Part shown: piece after piece, positions 57,119-64,000 of the stretch | Layout: each line of letters begins with the position of its first letter | Numbering within the stretch: the first letter of the stretch is position 1 | Origin: Candidatus Pacearchaeota archaeon | GTDB lineage: Archaea; Nanobdellota; Nanobdellia; Pacearchaeales; GW2011-AR1 | Assembly: GCA_016188825.1 (NCBI GenBank) | Contig: JACPHA010000006.1 | Location: 10,300 to 74,299 of the forward strand | Direction of reading: 5' to 3' | DNA length: 64,000 bases | Notes under the pieces: model-generated | What the model was told of the DNA's origin: nothing | The model's database searches: none | What the model saw: the letters and a program-made list of their open reading frames with translations, nothing else | Position numbers and translations under genes: made by a program

Positions 57119-57666
57119 TGAAAAACAAAAAAGCACAATTAGGAAAAATAATTGCAACATTCCCTGTATTAATATTAATAGTTATAATCATGGCTATTTT
57201 TATAATTCTTTCTATGTTTATTGCCGCTTTACACAAACCAGAATCACAAAAAGCATTCCTTTCCCTCCAACCTCAAGAAAATAACTTGATGCTTAAAGAA
57301 ATAAATATAAAATTTCCTGACAATTCAGATAAACAAATGCTTGTTCTAGAAGCATTTATTCTATATAAAAACGATGAAATAAAAAAAGATGCTCTAGACA
57401 AATCTCTACAAGAGTTAATTCAAGAAAAAAATTATTGCATCATATTAACTAGTGAAAATGTTAATGACGCTTTTCTAATAAAACTAAATGCGGACGGAAC
57501 CTTTTATTCAAATAACGCAAAATCCTCTGGCTCTGCTTTTGCCACAAATATTCCTATAGAAGTACCAAGATACAAAGATGCTAGTCTTTTATCCAAAATA
57601 TCTATAAAAAACAAAAAAAATGAAATGAATGAAATTCGGCACTACTACGGAAAATGCTCAACATGA
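57115..57666 (+). CDS. prepilin-like protein
   Basis: MMKNKKAQLGKIIATFPVLILIVIIMAIFIIL. ATGA overlap with the previous gene. Confidence 0.6.
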   Translation: MMKNKKAQLGKIIATFPVLILIVIIMAIFIILSMFIAALHKPESQKAFLSLQPQENNLMLKEINIKFPDNSDKQMLVLEAFILYKNDEIKKDALDKSLQELIQEKNYCIILTSENVNDAFLIKLNADGTFYSNNAKSSGSAFATNIPIEVPRYKDASLLSKISIKNKKNEMNEIRHYYGKCST

Positions 57667-58157
57667 ACAAAAAATCCCAGGTTCCAACTTTATTGATATT
57701 TGTCATAGCCCTGATTCTCTCTGGCGTAGCCCTCTTTGCGATGGTTTCTTTTAATAATAGACTAAATAGACTAGATTCCAGTTCTTCCACATTTTCCGAA
57801 TTGCATAGCGAAATAGAGTTCAACCAGCAATATGTTACAGAGCAAGCAAAATTAATTACAGAAGAAACTATCTCTACTTGTCCTGATTGTTCTTCAAGCA
57901 ATTTAAAAACAAAATTCAAAGAAATCTCTGCAGAAAAAGAATCTCTGTATCGTTACGAGGGCTCTGGAAACTTTTATGGCAAAATTAGAAATTCAGAATT
58001 TGAAATAACTTCAACAGAAAAAAATTCCTATCAATTAATAATAAACAATCTTTTCGTGCAATCTAAAAAAGATTCGGGTAAAATTATACGAAATTTCGCG
58101 CTCTGCCTTGAATTTAACTATCAAGGTAATTTCATAAAATCCTGCCAAGAAAACTGA
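57663..58157 (+). CDS. prepilin-like protein
   Basis: MNKKSQVPTLLIFVIALILSGVALFAMV. 4-nt overlap with the previous gene when started at this ATG. Confidence 0.6.
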   Translation: MNKKSQVPTLLIFVIALILSGVALFAMVSFNNRLNRLDSSSSTFSELHSEIEFNQQYVTEQAKLITEETISTCPDCSSSNLKTKFKEISAEKESLYRYEGSGNFYGKIRNSEFEITSTEKNSYQLIINNLFVQSKKDSGKIIRNFALCLEFNYQGNFIKSCQEN

Positions 58158-58190
58158 AACATTTATAAATAATATTTATTTCCTATAAAC

Positions 58191-58631
58191 ATGAAAAAGA
58201 GGTTAATCGAATTTAACAAAAAAGCCCAGGATTTGTCAATCGGCACATTAATCTTAATTGTTCTAGGTGTTATTGTCCTTGTCTTATTAATTCTCGGCTT
58301 TTCTCTCGGCTGGTCTAATCTATGGGAAAAAATAAATATTTTCGGCGGCTCATCGTCAATAGGCGATGTTGTTACTGCCTGCAAAATCGCAGTCACAAGT
58401 CAAGACAAATATTCCTACTGCCAAGATTTCAAAAGAATAAAAGTAGACGGTAAAACAGAATATGTAAGCTGTGAAGACCAAAGAGTCGCGACAAGTATAG
58501 ATACAAAAATAACATGTGATAAACCAACAGACTATAATACCTGGGCCGGTTATTATTGCAACAAAGTTCTAAGTGCCGACGAAAGATCTAAAGCAAAAGT
58601 AAATAATGCCCAGTGTGCTGCAACAAGTTAA
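58191..58631 (+). CDS. prepilin-like protein, Cys-rich
   Basis: MKKRLIEFNKKAQDLSIGTLILIVLGVIVLVLLILG. Six Cys in the mature part. Confidence 0.6.
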   Translation: MKKRLIEFNKKAQDLSIGTLILIVLGVIVLVLLILGFSLGWSNLWEKINIFGGSSSIGDVVTACKIAVTSQDKYSYCQDFKRIKVDGKTEYVSCEDQRVATSIDTKITCDKPTDYNTWAGYYCNKVLSADERSKAKVNNAQCAATS

Positions 58632-58640
58632 TAAACAAAA

Positions 58641-58853
58641 ATGACAATAAGAGTATTCGCAAGTCAATTCAGCCAGAGAACAGCGCATTCTGACGAACGG
58701 GATGCAGAGTACATCAGAAGAGCCCTACACTCCCCAGAACCAGAAGAAACTCGTCCTTTAACAAGCCTGACCATTGCAGAAATATACAAGCAAAAATATG
58801 CTGATAGAAGATATCGTGATTCCGAAAGCCAATATCGCTCAGCAAATTCTTAA
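58641..58853 (+). CDS. uncertain 70-codon ORF without pilin signal
   Basis: Fills the gap between two pilin-like genes. Visibly higher G+C than its neighbours, Arg/Glu/Ser-rich, no hydrophobic segment. Two other ORFs overlap it. Confidence 0.3.
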   Translation: MTIRVFASQFSQRTAHSDERDAEYIRRALHSPEPEETRPLTSLTIAEIYKQKYADRRYRDSESQYRSANS

Positions 58854-58855
58854 AG

Positions 58856-59170
58856 ATGAATCGCAAAGCATTCGAACTCGCAATCTCAACACTTATATTA
58901 ATTATTTTGGGAGTTCTAGTATTAATTGCCCTCACTATAGTTCTAACTGGTGGCTTGGAAAGATTCAAATCCTCAACAAAACCATTTCTCGACACAGCTC
59001 AATCAAGCTCAATAAAACAAGCCTGCTCTCTTGCATGTGACTCTCAAGACAGAATAATTTACTGCTGTAACGAATATTCTGTTGATTCCCAAAAAATAAA
59101 ATGCTCTGATTCAAGATTAGAATTGTCATGTGAATTAAACTGCCAAGGCTTCAATTGCGAAGCACAATAA
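58856..59170 (+). CDS. prepilin-like protein, Cys-rich
   Basis: MNRKAFELAISTLILIILGVLVLIALTIVL. Eight Cys in the mature part. Confidence 0.6.
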   Translation: MNRKAFELAISTLILIILGVLVLIALTIVLTGGLERFKSSTKPFLDTAQSSSIKQACSLACDSQDRIIYCCNEYSVDSQKIKCSDSRLELSCELNCQGFNCEAQ

Positions 59171-59175
59171 ATAAA

Positions 59176-59298
59176 ATGAAACTCTATTCAGGAGAAAGAA
59201 GAAGAACAAAGCGCGACAAAAAAGCTAAAATGCGTTACAAAATTTACAGAAAGGGCGGAGCTCACAGAACTTTCAAATTCGCGAAAAGAGAAAATTAG
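59176..59298 (+). CDS. very basic 40-aa peptide
   Basis: Read by eye: MKLYSGERRRTKRDKKAKMRYKIYRKGGAHRTFKFAKREN. 5 nt after the last pilin-like gene. Confidence 0.3.
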   Translation: MKLYSGERRRTKRDKKAKMRYKIYRKGGAHRTFKFAKREN

Positions 59299-59699
59299 TC
59301 TATAACACTAATTCCCTCAACTTTCCTAAAATCTTCGTCAAAAGTTGCAATATTCTTTATTCCTTCTTTTTTCATTATAGCTATAATTGAACAGTCAGTA
59401 AAGCTGAATTTTGTGCTTTTTTGTTCCTTAAAAATTTTCCATGTTCTTTGGAATATTTCTTCATCTACTTTGTATATTCTGATAAATTGCATTATCTCCT
59501 CTCCAGCATCTATGGCTAATGAAAGTTTTTTCCCCTTAGCAAAAAGAATAGTTACCACCTCATCAAAAATATAATCCGAAATCGTTAGGCTTCCATATTC
59601 GCCGATTGTTATCTCTTTCATTAAATGAACTGCCCTATCGTGATTTTCATCGTTCTCTAACTTCAACGAGATAAGATAGCTACTGTCTAAAAATATCAT
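59295..59699 (-). CDS. vapC: PIN-domain ribonuclease toxin
   Basis: MIFLDSSYLI (first acidic residue), E-rich middle, C-terminal TFDEDF. 134 aa. 4-nt overlap with the upstream antitoxin. Confidence 0.8.
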   Translation of the reverse strand: MIFLDSSYLISLKLENDENHDRAVHLMKEITIGEYGSLTISDYIFDEVVTILFAKGKKLSLAIDAGEEIMQFIRIYKVDEEIFQRTWKIFKEQKSTKFSFTDCSIIAIMKKEGIKNIATFDEDFRKVEGISVID

Positions 59700-59959
59700 T
59701 TTTCTAAACCATATAAAAATTTATCAATTTCCATACTCCATCTAACTTTCTTCTTGCCAACTCTTATTGGTTTTATTCTCAATAAGTTCCTAGGGTTTCC
59801 GACATCTTCCTTATTTTTTTCCTTTTCTTCTTCCAAAAACTCCCTCATCGCTCTGGTTAGGGCTTCTCCAAGCCTTACTCTTTTCTCAATGGCCCTGGCT
59901 CTAAATTTCCTGAATGTCTCCATATCTACATCTCTCACTCCAACAAACGTTTTTTCCAT
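59696..59959 (-). CDS. vapB: VapB-type antitoxin (RHH-like)
   Basis: FVGVRDVDMETFRKFRARAIEKRVRLGEALTRAMREFL. Position is upstream of the PIN gene. Confidence 0.65.
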   Translation of the reverse strand: MEKTFVGVRDVDMETFRKFRARAIEKRVRLGEALTRAMREFLEEEKEKNKEDVGNPRNLLRIKPIRVGKKKVRWSMEIDKFLYGLEK

Positions 59960-60058
59960 ATGTTTAATATGTTAAACAAGTTTAAAAAGTTAACTATCCC
60001 AAAATCGCACAAAAATTACAAAAACAAGATTAATAAAACCCCCTTTCCTAAAATAAAA

Positions 60059-60907
60059 ATGCAGGAATATTATTTTTTATTCGCCATGGCATTTTTATGG
60101 ACTGTGTTTGCAGTAATCCAGGATCTAAAAAATAGAGAAGTAGCAAACTGGCTTAATTTTTCCTTAATCGCTTTTGCTCTTGCTTATCGCGCATTCTATG
60201 CCTCATTAAACTCAAACCTCCAATTCTTTCTCTTAGGAATTTTCGGCTTTGCAATTTTCTTTATTCTTGCTCATGCACTCTATTATGCAAAAGCATTCGC
60301 GGGAGGAGACGCTAAACTACTCATAGCCTATGGCTCAATTTTGCCGTATAAAAACTATCTCTCTCTTCTCTATATCCCATTATTATTCACATTCCTTCTA
60401 TTCCTTATCGGTGCAGTTTATAGCATTCTTTACAGCTCTTTAATAATCGCAAAAAACCGTGAAACGTTTAATGCAGAATTCAAAAAAAGAATAAAAAAAC
60501 AAAAATACCCTCTGATAATTTCACTAACTTTATTCATCGTCTCGGTAATTTACAGCTTTTACAATTCAAAAGCCTCTTTCTTCATAGTCATAACTATAAT
60601 TCCTGCATTTTACATTTATATAAAATCAGTTGAAAAATGCATGTTAAAATTTGTTGCTCCAAATAAACTCACCGAAGGCGATTGGCTTGAAGAAGATGTG
60701 AAAGTGGGAAAAAAAATAATCAGAAAAACAGTTCACGGCCTTTCTCTTGAAGAAATAAAATTACTTAAAAAACATCACAAAAAAATTCTAATAAAAGAAG
60801 GCATTCCATTCACCCCTTCTTTCCTAATAACTCTAATAATTATAGTAATTATGGTATTCTTCTCTTTAACTTCAAAAATTCCCTTTGAACCCTTTCTTCC
60901 CTCTTAA
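60059..60907 (+). CDS. archaeal prepilin/preflagellin peptidase (A24 family, PibD/FlaK-like)
   Basis: First catalytic Asp in VIQDLKNREVANWLN, second in AFAGGDAKLLIAYG. Polytopic. Start taken at MQEYYFLF rather than the longer ORF. Confidence 0.75.
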   Translation: MQEYYFLFAMAFLWTVFAVIQDLKNREVANWLNFSLIAFALAYRAFYASLNSNLQFFLLGIFGFAIFFILAHALYYAKAFAGGDAKLLIAYGSILPYKNYLSLLYIPLLFTFLLFLIGAVYSILYSSLIIAKNRETFNAEFKKRIKKQKYPLIISLTLFIVSVIYSFYNSKASFFIVITIIPAFYIYIKSVEKCMLKFVAPNKLTEGDWLEEDVKVGKKIIRKTVHGLSLEEIKLLKKHHKKILIKEGIPFTPSFLITLIIIVIMVFFSLTSKIPFEPFLPS

Positions 60908-61460
60908 TAACTTCGAGCTTCGGTTTCTCGATAACAACCGTATTAATTTCCTTCTTAACTTGCTCAAGCTCCTTGACATCAGCTTTCTTTCTCTGTTTAA
61001 TCTGCTCCAACGGTTTTTCATACTCTGGAATAAGTTCGATTATTGCCTCTCCAAATTTATTTTCCATTGAAACCTTAACTTTGTTCGCCTTCAAATTTCT
61101 CTGAACTTTTTTAGCAAGCGATTTAGCAAACTCGATTATGCTGTCAGAAATATTCCCTCCGACATTAACTTTCTCCTTTGGAATAACTAAAATATGCCCC
61201 CTCGTCAAAGGATTAAGCTCAAGCACAGCAATTGCCTCAGAATTTTCTTCAACTATCACAGCATCAATCTCTTTATTTGCAATCATCCTAAAAATTTCTT
61301 CTCTTCCACCTCCGCTCATCTTCAGTCCGCTCTCAATCGCCTCAACAGACATAGAATCAATCTGCTCCTCGGCTTCCTTCCTCTTTTCTGGAGGCAAATG
61401 CTCAACCTGTTTCCTCAAACTCTCCTTTACCTGCCTTGTCTGTTCTTCTGTTAAAACCAT
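60849..61460 (-). CDS. HIT-fold-like protein lacking the histidine triad
   Basis: EAIAVLELNPLTRGHILVIPKE matches the HIT N-terminal half. Where HxHxHxx is expected the sequence is FGEAIIELIPEY. Charged extensions at both ends. Confidence 0.45.
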   Translation of the reverse strand: MVLTEEQTRQVKESLRKQVEHLPPEKRKEAEEQIDSMSVEAIESGLKMSGGGREEIFRMIANKEIDAVIVEENSEAIAVLELNPLTRGHILVIPKEKVNVGGNISDSIIEFAKSLAKKVQRNLKANKVKVSMENKFGEAIIELIPEYEKPLEQIKQRKKADVKELEQVKKEINTVVIEKPKLEVIKREERVQREFLKLKRRIP

Positions 61461-61640
61461 TCTTAAAAAAAATAAAACAGTTTTATATAGTTTGTGTAAT
61501 TTGCATAAAATTTTAATAATTGAGAAGATTATTTCTAAATATCATCCAGACTTTAATAACTAGGCACTTTAGTTATAGATTATCAAGGAAAAAATATATT
61601 ATTTTTTCACTATACTTTATGGCTTAGGATTTCTTTACCT

Positions 61641-62435
61641 TTATTTTTTCGGCACGCCGAATTCGTCGGCAGTCAAAACTACCCGACCATCATCGTACGA
61701 GTCAGCGAGATTCCCGCTGCTCGAATAGACGTCGAGGTACCTGCCCAAGTACAACCTCGAAACTCTCGAATCTCCTGTCCAGTTAGTAAATATCCCTTCT
61801 CCTTTTTTGCTCAAACTATCATCAGGCAAACCATTCTCATCAAAACCATTGAATTTGCGCTCCCTATACTTCAGAAGCAATTTATCAGAATAAACAACTT
61901 TAAACTTGTTTCCAACTAAAGGAACAAACATAAAACCATATCCTCCACTTTACAAATCATCGGTAGGAATAACTCTTAAATTTGTTACTAAAGCCGGTGT
62001 TTTTTCCAAGCGAGTAACATCAACTCTTTCTCCTAAATATTCAAAAATATTCTTCTCTCTTTCGTCGTATATTTTAGCTGTTGATCCTCTCAAAACTATT
62101 CCTAAAGTATCGACATAATGTTTTCTTTTTATCATTTCGGCAATTCTCATGTCTTGCAAATCAGAAGGAAGCAAAGTTCTCACTCCATATTGAGAAACGA
62201 TTTGATTTATCAAAGCAGAATCTTGCAAAGTTGAGCCAACCAATTCATTTCCTTGAAGCTCTAATTTAAAGTATAGATTGTTTCCAAATTGTTCTCTTGC
62301 TCTTCGGTAATCTCTGTAAACAACACTTACTAAATCTCCAGTTATTTTGTCTGGAAGCTGAACTGTGTTTCCCGCTTCTTTCGGTAAGAAAACAAAATCT
62401 GCAAGGGTTTTTTCTCTGCCTTGATTAATAGCCAT
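61641..62435 (-). pseudogene. paralog of 26317-27057 interrupted by one in-frame TAA
   Basis: ORFs 61950-62435 and 61641-61931 are in the same frame, 6 sense codons apart (IPTDDL*SGGYGFMFVPL). Together they are colinear with the 246-aa paralog. Confidence 0.65.
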
Positions 62436-62501
62436 AATTTTTATACAGATAAAGTCTATTTAAACTTTTCTTTTAATAACTTTAAAAAAGTAACAATCAA
62501 A

Positions 62502-62774
62502 TCATCCAAAAGCTCTTCTATAATCAACAACCGTAGCCGAAGAAACTCCTTCTATTTTTCCCAAAGAGTCTTCGATTATCTCTGTGCTCTTCTCCTCTGG
62601 CCAAGCAAATTTTATCATCACTGCCTTCAAGCCAAAAGCAACCGGCTCTTCATTAAAAGAAATATTCTTAGCTCCGTTTTTATTCAAAATCTTCTCTGCT
62701 TCTTTCCTTATCTTTGCCAAATCTCGATGCAGAGAATCAGGCATAACCTTGGTTATTATCGCTACAATCGACAT
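62502..62774 (-). CDS. translation elongation factor aEF-1 beta
   Basis: About 90 aa. VAIITKVMPDS..., EPVAFGLKAV and the C-terminal ...VVDYRRAF are the typical aEF-1beta pattern. Confidence 0.85.
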   Translation of the reverse strand: MSIVAIITKVMPDSLHRDLAKIRKEAEKILNKNGAKNISFNEEPVAFGLKAVMIKFAWPEEKSTEIIEDSLGKIEGVSSATVVDYRRAFG

Positions 62775-62824
62775 TCTTTATTTTAATAAAAAGAGTTTAT
62801 AAACTCTACTTGAAATAAAAATCA

Positions 62825-63226
62825 ATGCTCATAATAAAAAAAATATTAAAAATTTTTAAGTTGCCAATAGCAATTTTGCTCTTGCACATTTTTCTTGTGC
62901 CTCTCGGAATCTACGAAAAATATCTCTGGTTTGATATCCCAATGCACCTACTAGGAGGTTTAAGCGTTGCTATGAGTTACCTCGCCCTGCTAAAATTAAT
63001 GCAAAGCAAAAAACGTTTGCAAATGCCAGAGCAAATCTTGTTTGTTTTTGTTGTGTCGTTAGTTGCACTGACTGGAATTCTCTGGGAATTTTCAGAATTC
63101 ATTCTGGATATTTTAACAACAAGCATAAAAGCCCAGCAAGGTTTAACTGACACAATGTCAGATCTCTTTTTCAATCTGATAGGAGGTGTTTTTGGTTATT
63201 TTTTAAAAAACCATAAATCTTTATAA
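62825..63226 (+). CDS. small membrane protein
   Basis: 133 aa with four hydrophobic segments. No motif recognised. Confidence 0.5.
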   Translation: MLIIKKILKIFKLPIAILLLHIFLVPLGIYEKYLWFDIPMHLLGGLSVAMSYLALLKLMQSKKRLQMPEQILFVFVVSLVALTGILWEFSEFILDILTTSIKAQQGLTDTMSDLFFNLIGGVFGYFLKNHKSL

Positions 63227-63247
63227 ACAATCACTAATTGAAACAAA

Positions 63248-64000
63248 AATGGACAACTATGAAAAACTGCTCGAAAGAATTTCAAAAGCATCAAAACTTG
63301 AAAAGGAAGAAATAGAAAGGAAAATAGAGGCGAAAAAAGCAAAACTTTCTGGACTAATCTCAAAAGAGGGCGCAGCGCAAATAGTCGCGGCAGAGCTTGG
63401 CATTAATTTTGATCAAGAAAGATTAAAGATTTCAGAAATTGTAAGCGGGATGAAAAGAGCAAACGTCATCGGCAAAGTAATAAAAATAGATTCGATAAGA
63501 GAATACAATAAAAACGGCAAACAGGGAAAAGTAGCAAATCTCTGGCTCGCAGATGAAACCTCAAACATTCGCGTTGTTCTCTGGGACACAAACCACATTG
63601 CCCTGATAGAAAACGGAAAAATAAAAGAAGGCTCTGTAATAGAAATTTCAAACGGAAGCATGCGCAATGCCGAATTGCACTTGGCCTCTTTCTCGGACAT
63701 AAAAATAAGCAAAGAAGAAATTGAAAATGTGGTGTTGGAAAAAGAATTTTCCGAAAAAAGATTCAAAGACGCAAAATCTGGCGAGAACTTAAAATCAAGA
63801 GCAGTAATAGTAAATGCATTTGATCCAAAATATTTTGAAGTCTGCCCAGAATGCTCTAAAAAAGCAGTAGAAAAAAAATGCGAAACCCATGGCTCTGTTG
63901 TTCCTGTAAAACGAGCCCTTGTCGGCATTGTCCTTGACGACGGCACAGAAACAATGCGCTCAACTCTATTCATGGAGCAGATAAAAAATTTAGGCATAAC
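63248..64000 (+). CDS. replication protein A-like ssDNA-binding protein (3'-partial)
   Basis: Absent from the ORF track because it runs off the window. MDNYEKLLERISKAS..., OB fold (NVIGKVIKIDSIREY...VANLWLADETSNIRVVLWD) and Zn ribbon CPECSKKAVEKKCETHG. Confidence 0.8.

Noticed and set aside
59960-60058. N-terminal 33-codon extension of the prepilin peptidase ORF
   Set aside because: It is Lys/Asn-rich and non-hydrophobic, and abuts the VapB start. The family begins close to the first TM helix, so the ATG at 60059 is preferred.
63413-63997. 194-aa minus-strand ORF at the window end
   Set aside because: It is the antisense shadow of the plus-strand RPA-like gene (63248 onward). That gene has clear OB-fold and Zn-ribbon features and was missed by the track only because it has no stop inside the window.
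1-64000. Reverse transcriptase, Avd-like gene or template repeat to complete a DGR
   Set aside because: No ORF shows RT motifs (YxDD context), and I found no third copy of the AACTACCCGACCATC-type block by eye. The DGR idea therefore stays a hypothesis that needs sequence outside this window.

Overview
Read by eye, without tools, so boundaries and percentages are approximate. This is a strongly AT-rich, gene-dense fragment that looks archaeal and DPANN-like. Archaeal-type housekeeping genes include TyrRS, aEF-1beta, an RPA-type OB-fold/Zn-ribbon protein, a DRG/TGS GTPase, a 2H RNA ligase, a Hef-type helicase next to a separate XPF/ERCC4 nuclease, and Lrp. The main blocks are: (1) a three-gene operon with a 2067-aa secreted giant protein and a 630-aa protein carrying a prepilin-type signal. 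(2) A tRNA-Val with an IS remnant, followed by a cluster of modular lipoprotein paralogs. (3) TA and defence genes: AbiE-like pair, Doc/RHH, HEPN-MNT, solo Cas4-like nuclease, type II R-M with HTH, VapBC. (4) A type IV pilus-like locus with a FlaI-like ATPase, FlaJ/TadC-like platform, 11 prepilin-like genes with K-K-A-Q type signals, and a prepilin peptidase. Three signals are not explained by the ORFs. First, two distant paralogs (26317-27057 and 61641-62435) share a GC-rich C-terminal cassette. Its divergence is entirely nonsynonymous, sits mostly on codon positions 1-2, and is followed at identical spacing by a GC hairpin. This resembles a diversity-generating-retroelement variable region, but no RT or template repeat is in the window. 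Second, six same-orientation copies of a TCAAGA/TCTTGA double-hairpin element show compensatory changes. Third, a 143-nt MITE-like element occurs twice, and its 12-nt hairpin loop is exactly inverted between the copies.
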